Virus record (IMG/VR): IMGVR_UViG_3300047454_000095
DNA from: a virus
DNA: 64,000 nucleotides
Reading direction: 5' to 3' (one strand)
The stretch's first letter is position 1. Every line of letters starts with the position of its first letter. A model generated the notes under the pieces. The model worked only from the letters and a program-made list of their open reading frames with translations. It made no database searches and was not told the DNA's origin. The position numbers and the translations under genes were made by a program. Of the stretch, positions 1-9,868 are shown in pieces.

Positions 1-170
1 TCTTCAAGTGGAACTTCTTCCAACTCTTTAGCCATTGCTTTTACAAGTTCGTTTGGAACAAGGTTGTCAATAGTTAATAAACTATAACTTGGGTGACTAC
101 GATACTTTTGTTGTAGTTCGTATGTGTTTGAAAAATTCTTTTCAATATGATCTAAAAGTTGCTGTTTCAT
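1..170 (-). CDS. 5' part of a CDS running off the window edge (MKQQLLDHIEKNFSNTYELQQKYRSHPSYSLLTIDNLVP...); possibly a 2OG-Fe(II) oxygenase-like protein
   Basis: Not in the ORF track. Open frame from ATG at 170 to the edge, with TAAATA 5 nt upstream. The product guess rests only on N-terminal resemblance; no catalytic motif is visible. Confidence 0.45.
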   Translation of the reverse strand, partial: MKQQLLDHIEKNFSNTYELQQKYRSHPSYSLLTIDNLVPNELVKAMAKELEEVPLE

Positions 171-178
171 ACAAGTAT

Positions 179-880
179 TTAAACAAGGTCAGTAAAACGA
201 GGTTCTTGTTTTGGTCCGCGATCAATAGTTCTCTTAGGCCAGTTGTGTCTATAAGAACTTTTATAATGTGTAATTTTTGCATGTAGTTGTGGTTTCTTAA
301 AACGCCAATTATTATAAATTTTACAATCAAATAATTTAAATCGTGTGTTTTGTATTGTTACAATTTCGTTGGTCCAATTTGTAGGCAAGTTACCTCTAAG
401 AAAATAATTCATTTCTCTTTGATCACTTCTTCCTTGTTTTGTACCGTCTATCTTATTCATACGTTGACACCATATGTCTACAAATTTTAATGTTGATTCT
501 GTTTTTCTAAAGAACATTACACCTGCATTAATAGGTTGATCATTAAAAAACTTTACACCTCTTACAGTTACACCGATATCATAACTACCTCTATCTTGAA
601 TACCATGCAAACTTTGCCAAAGGATTGTATCAGCGTCCATCCAAACTACATACTCTCCTGCATTAACTTTGCTGAGAGCATCTTTGACCATAAAAGGTTT
701 ACTTGGAATTTTTCTGCCTGCGTCTTCGTATACTTCACCAACAAAAGGTTCGCCATATCCTAATTCACCTAAATCATACACATGATATTTTTGTCTTAGA
801 TCAATAAGTGAACGTACTAATACATCACACATATTCTTAAATTTTTTATTTGCGGCAGTTATTACTAATATATCATTCAT
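179..880 (-). CDS. Glycosyltransferase (GT-A fold, nucleotide-diphospho-sugar transferase-like)
   Basis: VVWMDADT DxD motif, INAGVMFF and SDQREMN segments typical of GT-A enzymes. Confidence 0.7.
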   Translation of the reverse strand: MNDILVITAANKKFKNMCDVLVRSLIDLRQKYHVYDLGELGYGEPFVGEVYEDAGRKIPSKPFMVKDALSKVNAGEYVVWMDADTILWQSLHGIQDRGSYDIGVTVRGVKFFNDQPINAGVMFFRKTESTLKFVDIWCQRMNKIDGTKQGRSDQREMNYFLRGNLPTNWTNEIVTIQNTRFKLFDCKIYNNWRFKKPQLHAKITHYKSSYRHNWPKRTIDRGPKQEPRFTDLV

Positions 881-1589
881 TTTCTAATACCGTTAGTTTT
901 TTGTAATTAAACAATTTACATTTATACTCTGTTAGTAAAGGTTGCACAGTTCTATTGTCTTCAATAAAATATACAAACTGTTTTGACAAGTGCGGCATAA
1001 GTGTATCTAATGTATTTGTAATACTACTATCACTATGATGTCCATCATCAATTGCAATGTCTATTGTTCTACCTTTTAGAATTTCGTTAATTTTTTCTTG
1101 GTTATCTGCAAATTGATCGTACTCATAAAGTTCAGGTGCCTTATGTTGAAATGCTCCTTTGTCTTTTAAGAATTGTAAATTATTTTGTGTATGACTTACG
1201 TCAATATCTAATCCAATAATATCTGCATTAGGAAACAATTGACTCCATATTGCTAATCCTGTGCCTTTCAATATACCACATTCTACAATAGTTTTTATGT
1301 TAGTACGGTCCATTAAATGTTTACTATAGTAAGTTGCATATCCATGACGGGTCATACGATCACCTCCTGACATACCTGCAGGATTTAATTTTGTTTTAGG
1401 TGCAAGTGGACTTACTTTGTTACGTGGCACAGTGTTATGATAGCCACCAAAGTTTTCTTCCATTTGTTGCAACCATTGTACTGATCCTACTTTAATCATA
1501 CGTTCCCTTTTGTGTAGTTTAGATTGTGCTAAACCTATTTTCAATATTTCTTCTTCCTTTGGCCATTCCTCATCAAAGTATCTGGTCAT
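873..1589 (-). CDS. Class I SAM-dependent methyltransferase (sugar O-methyltransferase-like)
   Basis: IVECGILKGTGL motif I, IIGLDID motif II, DIAIDDGHH. Confidence 0.7.
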   Translation of the reverse strand: MTRYFDEEWPKEEEILKIGLAQSKLHKRERMIKVGSVQWLQQMEENFGGYHNTVPRNKVSPLAPKTKLNPAGMSGGDRMTRHGYATYYSKHLMDRTNIKTIVECGILKGTGLAIWSQLFPNADIIGLDIDVSHTQNNLQFLKDKGAFQHKAPELYEYDQFADNQEKINEILKGRTIDIAIDDGHHSDSSITNTLDTLMPHLSKQFVYFIEDNRTVQPLLTEYKCKLFNYKKLTVLENE

Positions 1590-2371
1590 GCTAAAACTGG
1601 TTCCTTGGTAGTTGTTAAATTAATATCTAACATTTCTCCAAACTTTAAATTATCAGGAGTTTTGTAACAACCGCCTCCTGGCCAAAAAGTAAGTTCACCT
1701 AATTTAGGCTGTCCTTCCCAATATAAATCAACTCTAATATATTTCCATCTTGCAGATATCTTTTCTGCTATCTTTTTCATTTCAAAAAAGTTTTCTAAGC
1801 CATCAAATGGTTCTTGTTCTACGTGTTTCATTGTGTGTACTAAATGCAATGGTGTAGTTTTTCCATTAGGATCTAATATAGATTCTTTCTTTTTACCACC
1901 ATGTCTATCCCAAGTCATAGTTACCCATTTTACTTCACCATGCACACAATTAAATTTATAGTCAACGCCTGTGCCTTCTAATTTAACTTCTTTAACTACG
2001 CCAGGTGTAATAAGTCTATATGCCCATTCGCCTTTGCCTTTTCCGTAAGGCTTAGATGCTTTTGCTTTACAAAATTCTTCTGCTTCTAATTCTTCTTGTT
2101 TGTTATTAGCAAAACGCACACCACCTGAGCCGTTGTTTGCTTTAATAACCATAGGGTATGTTGTTGTGTTAGGTATAATTAAATCATTGCCAAAGTCTTT
2201 AGAAATAAAATCTTTGACTGCTAATTTATCACAACAAGTAATTTGATCTTTGTCTTGATCGTAAATTTTTAACCAAGCAATTTTTTCGTTGAATGTTTTT
2301 GGATTATCTATGTTAGGCCAAGTACCTAACTTCTTTTTATGCCAGTGAGTTGCTTCGTGCTTAATGCTCAT
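1586..2371 (-). CDS. TupA-like ATP-grasp protein (polysaccharide-modifying ligase family)
   Basis: NPKTFNEKIAWLK, DKLAVK, VIKANNGSG, DYKFNC, IRVDLY and ELTFWPGGG motifs. Start moved to the ATG at 2371, which overlaps the end of the upstream gene. Confidence 0.8.
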   Translation of the reverse strand: MSIKHEATHWHKKKLGTWPNIDNPKTFNEKIAWLKIYDQDKDQITCCDKLAVKDFISKDFGNDLIIPNTTTYPMVIKANNGSGGVRFANNKQEELEAEEFCKAKASKPYGKGKGEWAYRLITPGVVKEVKLEGTGVDYKFNCVHGEVKWVTMTWDRHGGKKKESILDPNGKTTPLHLVHTMKHVEQEPFDGLENFFEMKKIAEKISARWKYIRVDLYWEGQPKLGELTFWPGGGCYKTPDNLKFGEMLDINLTTTKEPVLA

Positions 2372-3071
2372 GATATAGTTCTCTAATGATATCAATTTTT
2401 TGTTGATATGCATTAAGACCTACAATATCTTCTTCAATAGTTTCCTCTGGAGCAAAGATGTAACAAGTTTTACTTTTTACTAAGATAGGATGGTATCTTA
2501 AATTATGGAAATAAGAAATCATTTCATTTACATCTTGATTAGGTTCAAACACTACCCACGGTCTAAACTTTTCTATTGTTTTCATTGCGCCTTGTATTAC
2601 AGGCCATTCATAGCCTTGCACATCAATTTTTATTAAACTACATGACTCTAAATTTTCGTCATCTAATTTTTTTACTCTAATAGTATATGAATGTTTTTTC
2701 TTTTTATTTACAATGTGTGCATTACCACAGTTATCATCACTGTCTACAAATTCTGCTTCTGTGTTTTCGTTACCAAGACCATATTCACGTATATCACCTT
2801 CGCCTTGCATATTTTTATACAAGCATTCTAAATTACGTGGACTTGGTTCGTAACTAATAACTTTTTTAAATTTGTCTTTAAATGGATACGACCATATACC
2901 AATGTTTGCACCTACATCAATAAATGTTTTGAATTCTTTAATATTTTCTAAAATTTTGCTACGAACACGTTCTTCGTATGTTGGGTTATTTTGATCTTCG
3001 TTATCAGCAACATGACTTGTAATTTTTATTTCGTTATCAGGTACCCACCAACCGTTATCTAAGTGCTTCAT
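2361..3071 (-). CDS. FkbM-family methyltransferase
   Basis: FIDVGANIG, YEPSPRN, LIKIDVQGYE. Confidence 0.85.
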   Translation of the reverse strand: MKHLDNGWWVPDNEIKITSHVADNEDQNNPTYEERVRSKILENIKEFKTFIDVGANIGIWSYPFKDKFKKVISYEPSPRNLECLYKNMQGEGDIREYGLGNENTEAEFVDSDDNCGNAHIVNKKKKHSYTIRVKKLDDENLESCSLIKIDVQGYEWPVIQGAMKTIEKFRPWVVFEPNQDVNEMISYFHNLRYHPILVKSKTCYIFAPEETIEEDIVGLNAYQQKIDIIRELYHEH

Positions 3072-3520
3072 ATTGTAGCGTCTTCCATACCTGCTACACG
3101 TAACTTAACAATGTTAGTAATTTGCCATTGCTTCTGATCTAAGCCTTTAGTAATACCTAACCATTTGTTACGCATTAGTGCAAATTCATTAATGATCTTT
3201 TCCATATCAACTACATCTGCTTCACCGTCAACATACTTTTCTACATCACGACTTGACAATGCTCGTTGATAATTTTCAAGATACTTCTTAAAAAACGTAC
3301 TACGTAATCTACGTAATTCGATGTTAAGATATTCTAATATTGCTTCAAGTTCTTGTAACTGATTAAAACGTTGTTCGACAAGGCCGGGCATTTCTGCCGC
3401 GGCCTTCTCAAGACTTCCGAATATACGGATTTCTTTTTTAGCCTGTAATAACTGATCGTTATAATAGTCTAACGCCTCAGGTATTTTACTAATATCTTTT
3501 GATATTTGGCTATACCACAT
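3068..3520 (-). CDS. uvsY: UvsY-like recombination mediator
   Basis: Helical ~150 aa protein with YLENYQRALSSRDVEKYVDGE, next to uvsX. Start placed at the ATG just after the upstream stop. Confidence 0.75.
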   Translation of the reverse strand: MWYSQISKDISKIPEALDYYNDQLLQAKKEIRIFGSLEKAAAEMPGLVEQRFNQLQELEAILEYLNIELRRLRSTFFKKYLENYQRALSSRDVEKYVDGEADVVDMEKIINEFALMRNKWLGITKGLDQKQWQITNIVKLRVAGMEDATI

Positions 3521-3522
3521 AG

Positions 3523-3750
3523 TTAATCCCAATCGTCATCGTCAGCAGTCAATTCCTCATCAATATCAAGATAGTAGTTAATTGCCGCATCAAGATGATC
3601 ATCTGTACCTAAACTCTCTTTAAGTGCTTCATCGGACACACCATAATCTGCAAGTAAGTCAACAAATCTTTCTGCTAACGTTTCTATTTGCTTTTTATCT
3701 GTATGTTCTTTAAAAAGATTCCAGGTATCTACGATTTGTGAACTATCCAT
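3523..3750 (-). CDS. Small acidic hypothetical protein between uvsX and uvsY
   Basis: 75 aa ORF packed tightly into the operon. Confidence 0.6.
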   Translation of the reverse strand: MDSSQIVDTWNLFKEHTDKKQIETLAERFVDLLADYGVSDEALKESLGTDDHLDAAINYYLDIDEELTADDDDWD

Positions 3751-3757
3751 ACTTAAC

Positions 3758-4843
3758 TTACTCCTCTGTGACTGGTTCGATTGTTTCGGGTGCCTCTTCC
3801 TCTACATCAGTAATTACCTCTGACTGAACTTCACTGAACTCGTTCATGACTCTGTCAAGTAAAGGTCCGCCGGCTTCCCATGCTTTACGATATTCCTTAA
3901 TTTCTTCTCCATCTTTGGATACAAATTTAAGTCTGTTACCGTCTTTCTTAAGCATATCTTTTTTCTCAAACAAATCAACAAGTCCACTGTAAGGATTCAT
4001 TCCTGTTTCATATGGAATTTTAACTTGTACACCTTCGAACGGTTTTGCGTAACGTGTCTTCATTACTTTACAACCTGCTCTAATACCACGTACTTCGCTA
4101 ATCTTATTACCTGCTTCATCTTCTTTTAGTTTCAATTTCTTCATTGCTACTACAATAGATGACGCATAGATAAATCCTTGTCCACCACTAATTTTATCAT
4201 CAGGGTCAAACATATCTTGCGATGCATACGTATGGTTAGTACATACAAGTCCTACATTGTGTGAGCCAATCATGTTAACTGTGTTTCTTACAAGTGATGT
4301 AAGTGCCTTAGGTTTTCTACCCATGTCACCCTTCATATCACCTTTGTTAAACTGGTCAACATCAGTTGGTGTTAACAACATACCTAAACTATCAATTACA
4401 AATAATACTTTAGGACGTTCTTCTTCCGACATTTCTTTGTAATCTGCCATAAACGTTGACACTGTTTTAGCAACATCATCAATCATTGACATATTAAGTT
4501 TTAGTAGTTTGCTTTCGCTTGTATCAACATCAAGTGCTTGTAGCCAAGTTTCATCAAGTGCGTTCTCACTGTCAATTAGTACAACAAAGATACCTTGATC
4601 TTGTGCCGCCTTTACAATGTTACCTGCACAGATATAACTCTTACCTGCTCCTGACTCTCCTGCAAATACAGTTACCTTACCTAATGGAACACCTTTGTGG
4701 AAGTCGCCACTAATAAGATAATTTAAGGCATAGTTTCCTGTACTAATCCAATCAGTAGGATCGTTAAAACCACTACTCATGCCTGTGATCGATTTAGTCA
4801 AGTTTTTACGAAACTTGGAAACGTCAAATGCTTTATTAGCCAT
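3758..4843 (-). CDS. uvsX: RecA-like recombinase UvsX
   Basis: Walker A GESGAGKS, VLIDSENALD, FVIDSLG, GGQGFIYASS; AGGAG Shine-Dalgarno upstream. Confidence 0.95.
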   Translation of the reverse strand: MANKAFDVSKFRKNLTKSITGMSSGFNDPTDWISTGNYALNYLISGDFHKGVPLGKVTVFAGESGAGKSYICAGNIVKAAQDQGIFVVLIDSENALDETWLQALDVDTSESKLLKLNMSMIDDVAKTVSTFMADYKEMSEEERPKVLFVIDSLGMLLTPTDVDQFNKGDMKGDMGRKPKALTSLVRNTVNMIGSHNVGLVCTNHTYASQDMFDPDDKISGGQGFIYASSIVVAMKKLKLKEDEAGNKISEVRGIRAGCKVMKTRYAKPFEGVQVKIPYETGMNPYSGLVDLFEKKDMLKKDGNRLKFVSKDGEEIKEYRKAWEAGGPLLDRVMNEFSEVQSEVITDVEEEAPETIEPVTEE

Positions 4844-4864
4844 ATTATCTCCTTATTCAGATAA

Positions 4865-4886
4865 TGTGTGGGGTTGCCCCCACACA
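4865..4886 (-). terminator. Hairpin between gp32 and uvsX (weak terminator or stability element)
   Basis: Minus strand TGTGTGGGG-GCAA-CCCCACACA: 9-bp stem, GNRA loop, followed by only TTAT. Confidence 0.55.
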
Positions 4887-4899
4887 CTGTACTGCTATA

Positions 4900-5886
4900 T
4901 TAGTTTTGACGTGAACGGATCATTGCAAGAATGTCTTCCGCACTATTGTCTGCTTTAGGTTCTGCCGCTGGTGCAGTTTGTGCCACTGCCGCTGGAGCCG
5001 CCTCTGCTACTGGAGCCGGAGTTGCCTCAGGTGCCGGAGCAGTTGTTGCCGCTGGAGCAGTTGCTGGTGCTCTATTTTGTGGATCACCAGTTCTCGCCGC
5101 CATTCCCGCTGGACGGAAATATTGACCAAAACGTTCTGCGTCATATGCTTCACCATCTACAGATGCTTGGAACATTTCTTGCATTACTTTTACTTCAACC
5201 TCTGAAGGCTTCTTAGGTAAAAAGTCTGACAAGTTGTATAGACCATTCTTCTCAACGGCCGCAGTTTCAACTTCAGTTAAAGGACGCTCTCTACGTGCCC
5301 AGTTACTTGTAGAATAATCTGCATAACCACCTTTAGAAGTTTTTACGATTCTAAAGTCTACACCTGAAGTGTAATCAGTTGGCAGTTCTTCCATATCTGG
5401 ATCCATTAACGCACTTTTAATAAGTTGGAAAATTTGTGGACCAATAATAAAACGTCTAATTGGATTTTCTGGAGTACCATCTTCAGACAGTCCGTTTTCA
5501 GTTACAAAGCCTTGGAATACGTATGAACGTTTCTTCCAATACTTACGACCCATATCTTCTAAAGTAGGATCTTTAAACCAACCTCGAACTTCGTTTAAGA
5601 TTGCACATGACTCACCATACATTTCCATGCAAGGGATTTGCACTTGTACTGGTCTTGAGTCAGTTTCGCCTTTTAAACCTGCGAAAGGTAGTTTGATCAT
5701 CAAACGTTCTTTCCAAAAGAAAGTGTTTGTGTCGTCCCCATCAGGTAAGAAACGGACAGTTGACTGTTCGCCTTCCTTTAAGTTCCAAAATGGGTAAATT
5801 GCGTTGTCGCCGCCGCTTGAAGAATTACCGCTTGTGCGTGATTCTTGTTCTTTCAGTTTAGCTCTTATTTCTGCTAATGTTGCCAT
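4900..5886 (-). CDS. gp32: Single-stranded DNA-binding protein, T4 gp32-like
   Basis: VRFLP, YWKKRSY, IIGPQIF, GYADYSTS; Ala/Pro linker and short C-terminal helix; AGGAGG Shine-Dalgarno. Confidence 0.9.
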   Translation of the reverse strand: MATLAEIRAKLKEQESRTSGNSSSGGDNAIYPFWNLKEGEQSTVRFLPDGDDTNTFFWKERLMIKLPFAGLKGETDSRPVQVQIPCMEMYGESCAILNEVRGWFKDPTLEDMGRKYWKKRSYVFQGFVTENGLSEDGTPENPIRRFIIGPQIFQLIKSALMDPDMEELPTDYTSGVDFRIVKTSKGGYADYSTSNWARRERPLTEVETAAVEKNGLYNLSDFLPKKPSEVEVKVMQEMFQASVDGEAYDAERFGQYFRPAGMAARTGDPQNRAPATAPAATTAPAPEATPAPVAEAAPAAVAQTAPAAEPKADNSAEDILAMIRSRQN

Positions 5887-5954
5887 TGTTAAGCCTCCTA
5901 TATAATTTGCCTTTGGCTGTTATTGTATTGCCTTGATTGTGCAGTACTGTAAAC

Positions 5955-5984
5955 AGTATAACACAAACTTACTTATAAAGTCAA
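5955..5984 (-). promoter_or_regulatory. Sigma70-type promoter for the gp32-uvsX-uvsY operon
   Basis: TTGACT-N18-TATACT with extended -10 TGn. Confidence 0.7.
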
Positions 5985-6008
5985 GTGGAACTTTGTCAAA
6001 AAAGTGAA

Positions 6009-8192
6009 TTAGTTATCCAAACCTGCTAAATGTTTGATTCTTTCCATCTCACCATCTTGGTTAGTAACTAACTTTTTCATAATGACTGCCGCAGGAGCAA
6101 GACTTTCGTCTCCATATTTTTTCTCACATGCTGTAAGTACTGCTGTTTCACCTTTTGGAAAATTGTTAGTTGTGTAATCAAAATGACCTTTGATGAATTC
6201 ATCTAAGCCAAGTTCTTTCTTCTCACCTCTTTCTTCTGCGTCCCCATCTGCTTTTGATATTGAACCATCTGGACCAATTTTAACGTCCATGGTATCATCG
6301 TCAGTGGGTTCTTTTTCGGCCATCAGTTCATCTGCTGTCCAAAAATCTTCTACTTTAAGTCCTGCCATTTTGATAGCATCTTCAAGTGTGTGTTCTTCAC
6401 CGTCTGGTGTTTTGAACTTATCACCTTTCTTCATGCCTGCCGCTTTTGCTTTTTGTACTGCTTGTGCAAATGCATTGCCTTCAAAAGTTGTTGACTCGTC
6501 TTGTATTAATTCTTTTTGATGTTTTTCAAGTTCTTCGATTGAATCAAAAGTACCTGTTTCCTTACCGTCTTTGTAAGAAATAAATTTACCATCTTTATGT
6601 TTTGCCGCAAGTCCGTATTTGTTCATGCCCATGCTTGATACTTCATTTGGACCTTGCTCATGTTTTGAATTAGCAACTACATCATCTAAGTGTGAAGCAA
6701 AGTCACCATGCATGTCCATGCTTTCATCTTCAACACCATTGTAGTTGTCAAAGAATTCTGCGTCACCATGTTTTTCAATAAACTCTTCTCTGCTTAGATT
6801 TTCAGCATCATCTTCTAATGCTTTTTTAACTGCACCTTCTTCTACATCTGCACTTTCATCAGCGTCACCGTTCATAACTTTATCAATAATTCTTGCATTA
6901 TGGTCACTGTCATCATTGCCTGTAATTTTTTCAAGTTCTTCCATACACGCTTTTGTAATTGGCATTTGGTTATAAAACTTTAAATCCCACGGATCGTTCA
7001 AGTATGCATCACCGTATTTTGCTTCCATTGCTTCATCTTCATTTTCTTCAATAAAGTCTGTAGCAATACCTGAGTCCAATGCCCACTTTACATAACCTTT
7101 TGGCATTGTGCCGTAACCGCCTTCGTACTTAGAATACTTTTCAATCCACGCATTAATTTTGTCTCCCATTTCATCTGAAACTTCTGGATCCATTGGATCG
7201 TCATCTTCACCTAAAAGATTTTCTGGAGTAAGTGCTTCTGATTTAGTTCCTTCTTTAACAAGATTGTAAATGTAAGGAAATACACCTTTCAAGTCTTCGT
7301 TAAACTGACGAATAGTTAATTCATCAATCCAATTTGAACTTACATCTTCTGGTACTTCTTCCATTACTGTTTCTTGGAAGTTTGCCATTGCTTCTTTGTA
7401 ATAACTATTTCTTTGTAACTTATGTACAGTTTCTTTTACAGAGTCAATTCTTTCATTAACGATGTCCATGTAACCAGCAAGACCCTCTGCCATTACACTT
7501 GATCTGTTCATGTAAGTTTTGAAAGTACGTAACTTAGAAAGTTCTTCGCTGAGTGAAACGATATGCTTTCCAAATGCATCGTACTGATTTCCGCCTTCGC
7601 TAACATGTTGTGCCATTGCTCTTGCACCATTTAAATGTTTGAAAGGATATTTGTATCTTTCGCCTTCTGGGCTCTCTACATATATGCTATGAATTCTTTG
7701 TGTTCTTCCTGCAGGATTTTCAAAATCAACTGCCTCATTATGTTTAACAATGATCTTTGCATTGCCAACATCTTGGAAACTTGTTTTAGAAGTTCCGTAT
7801 AGTCTCGATTCACTCATTTGGTTTTCTCCGGGTCTGTTTTTTGAGAGGTAATCGTAATCTCTCTTGTCTAAGTTACTTTTAGTTATATCTCTTGTATCAA
7901 AATTCAGCATTCTCTTTTTAGCAAACTGTCGCATTTCTTTCATAAAAGCGTACCAGTTTTGCTTAATAGACTCTGTAGCATCTGTAAGCAAATCGTTGTT
8001 ATAAAGCATAGTTAGACTTTTTTCATCTAACGTTACGTTAACTTTATTACCGTTGCTAAACTCAAAATCGAAGAAACGTGCTTTTTCAGGCACATTTGTA
8101 ATGGTACTTGCTTCATCACCAATAGTAATCTTGGGATATCTACCTCTGATCTTGTTAAACAGTTCTTCTGCAATTTTTTCCAAGTTTATCAT
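6009..8192 (-). CDS. Large acidic hypothetical protein, possibly an internal head/core protein
   Basis: 727 aa, D/E-rich, ends ERIKHLAGLDN; TAAATA 5 nt before the ATG. Confidence 0.5.
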   Translation of the reverse strand: MINLEKIAEELFNKIRGRYPKITIGDEASTITNVPEKARFFDFEFSNGNKVNVTLDEKSLTMLYNNDLLTDATESIKQNWYAFMKEMRQFAKKRMLNFDTRDITKSNLDKRDYDYLSKNRPGENQMSESRLYGTSKTSFQDVGNAKIIVKHNEAVDFENPAGRTQRIHSIYVESPEGERYKYPFKHLNGARAMAQHVSEGGNQYDAFGKHIVSLSEELSKLRTFKTYMNRSSVMAEGLAGYMDIVNERIDSVKETVHKLQRNSYYKEAMANFQETVMEEVPEDVSSNWIDELTIRQFNEDLKGVFPYIYNLVKEGTKSEALTPENLLGEDDDPMDPEVSDEMGDKINAWIEKYSKYEGGYGTMPKGYVKWALDSGIATDFIEENEDEAMEAKYGDAYLNDPWDLKFYNQMPITKACMEELEKITGNDDSDHNARIIDKVMNGDADESADVEEGAVKKALEDDAENLSREEFIEKHGDAEFFDNYNGVEDESMDMHGDFASHLDDVVANSKHEQGPNEVSSMGMNKYGLAAKHKDGKFISYKDGKETGTFDSIEELEKHQKELIQDESTTFEGNAFAQAVQKAKAAGMKKGDKFKTPDGEEHTLEDAIKMAGLKVEDFWTADELMAEKEPTDDDTMDVKIGPDGSISKADGDAEERGEKKELGLDEFIKGHFDYTTNNFPKGETAVLTACEKKYGDESLAPAAVIMKKLVTNQDGEMERIKHLAGLDN

Positions 8193-8205
8193 ATTAATAT
8201 TTATC

Positions 8206-9795
8206 CTAATAGACGCCTGTTACAAATATAGGCATAGGCGCCTCATATTCCTGATCTGCATCCAATTGTCTGAATGTATTGTACACTCTTGGATCCCAAT
8301 CCTTTAAAACTTCCATCATGCGTATGTTCAATAGCACTGCACTTACAAGATCGTCAGTTTCACCTGGCTTTGCTTTGAAACTTGTGCCTGATGCTACATA
8401 GCCTTTCATTTCTGATATCAATGCTTTGCTGTTTATCTGCATTTTGTCATTCTCAACCATGTTCTTGAACTTAGAACAAGCACTGATTTTACTTCTATGT
8501 GTAGTGTTAAATCCTTTACGGAACTTTCTAATGTGTCCTTTACGTATTGGTTCACTTACAAATAGTCCTGGTATGTTTTCTTCGCCTACATCATTTACAA
8601 CTAACAATGCCGCTTCACCAATAGTATTGTTTTCAATGCTCCAATAAATGTTGTTTGCATTTGGTGCTCTACATTCAGCATTGATATAATCTGCAATATC
8701 TTTTAAAACTCTAATTTGTCCTGGTATAGGTGTAGTATTGTGTCTCCACTCTGCAACTTGTTTGTAACTTGGTAATTCAAATACTTGTATCGCGGCATAG
8801 TCTCCACCTGTACCCATGCTTGGATCTAAACTAATACAATATGTTTGATCCCTTTCAAGTTTTTTGTACCAACGTGTCTGCCCCATATTCTCAACAGGTT
8901 CATTACCTTCAAGTCCTGCTAACTTAATACTATTAATAAGTGTTTCGTCAAATACTAAGAATTCACAACCATACTCACGTCTAAATCTTTCTTCGCCAAT
9001 ACGACCAATCTCTGCTTTTTTCCATGCTTCATCTCTGTCTGGGTGTTCTTCCCACTTAACAGTAAAACCATGAAATCCATTTATACCTACTTCACTTTCA
9101 TTACCATGTTCATCAAATTTGTTTTGACTTTCTTTCCATATAGTAGCAAAAGTATCTTCGTCTGAGTTAGGTGTGCTTGTAAGAATAGCACGACCACCTG
9201 TTGCAAGTGTAGGAGATATTGAAGTCCAAAATTCATCTGCAATAGTAGGTTGCACAAACGCAAACTCATCACAGTATAGTAATGATATGGACATACCACG
9301 TCCTGTGTTTCCTGTTGTAGTAGCACTTACAATTCTACTTCCGTTTTCAAATTCAATTGAACCTTTGTTGTAGTTTGTAACACCTGCTCTAATATGATCA
9401 GGACACATTTCGTAAACGTATCTAATACGTTGCATAATTTCTTGAGCACCTGTATACTTGTGTGCCGCAATAAGAATAGTTTGGTCTGGATGAAACATTG
9501 CGTACCAGGCAAGGTACACAGCCGCACAGGTTGTCTTACCTGTTTGTCTTGGTAACATATTAATATTGAATCTATGATTGTGATAACTGTGCATCAATCC
9601 TACTTGGTACTTGTAAGGATCAAATAACAATTTTCCTTTGACTGGATGTTGGATATATGCAAAGTTACTTGCGAAATATAAGTAACCTTGATTATCATCA
9701 GTACAAAGCATCAGATCATTGATCTGTTCATTTGTATATGTTTCTCTTGTATTAGCCTTTTTGGTTAATACGCCATCTAAACTTTTATTTGCCAT
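8206..9795 (-). CDS. gp17: Terminase large subunit (T4 gp17-like)
   Basis: PRQTGKTT Walker A, LLYCDEFAF Walker B, STPN, nuclease motifs LDPSMGTGGDY and DDLV. Start moved to MANK at 9795. Confidence 0.95.
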   Translation of the reverse strand: MANKSLDGVLTKKANTRETYTNEQINDLMLCTDDNQGYLYFASNFAYIQHPVKGKLLFDPYKYQVGLMHSYHNHRFNINMLPRQTGKTTCAAVYLAWYAMFHPDQTILIAAHKYTGAQEIMQRIRYVYEMCPDHIRAGVTNYNKGSIEFENGSRIVSATTTGNTGRGMSISLLYCDEFAFVQPTIADEFWTSISPTLATGGRAILTSTPNSDEDTFATIWKESQNKFDEHGNESEVGINGFHGFTVKWEEHPDRDEAWKKAEIGRIGEERFRREYGCEFLVFDETLINSIKLAGLEGNEPVENMGQTRWYKKLERDQTYCISLDPSMGTGGDYAAIQVFELPSYKQVAEWRHNTTPIPGQIRVLKDIADYINAECRAPNANNIYWSIENNTIGEAALLVVNDVGEENIPGLFVSEPIRKGHIRKFRKGFNTTHRSKISACSKFKNMVENDKMQINSKALISEMKGYVASGTSFKAKPGETDDLVSAVLLNIRMMEVLKDWDPRVYNTFRQLDADQEYEAPMPIFVTGVY

Positions 9796-9811
9796 TGTAT
9801 AGTATTTACTC

Positions 9812-9839
9812 AAAAAAATAGGACCCGAAGGTCCTATTT
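9812..9839 (-). terminator. Rho-independent terminator with a C(UUCG)G loop
   Basis: AAATAGGACC-TTCG-GGTCCTATTT followed by TTTT. Confidence 0.9.
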
Positions 9840-9868
9840 GAGTTTACTTGAGTAAAAGTAATTTTATA

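Noticed and set aside
4950-5060. Repeated gccgctgg(a/t)gc units resembling a short repeat array
   Set aside because: They encode Ala-Pro-Ala-Ala on the minus strand; spacing is irregular; not CRISPR-like.
4931-5216. Several short plus-strand ORFs over the gp32 Ala/Pro linker
   Set aside because: Antisense shadows of a GC-rich low-complexity coding stretch; no ribosome-binding site or promoter.
3758-9795. Inteins or introns in uvsX and terminase
   Set aside because: Both are of normal length with continuous motifs.
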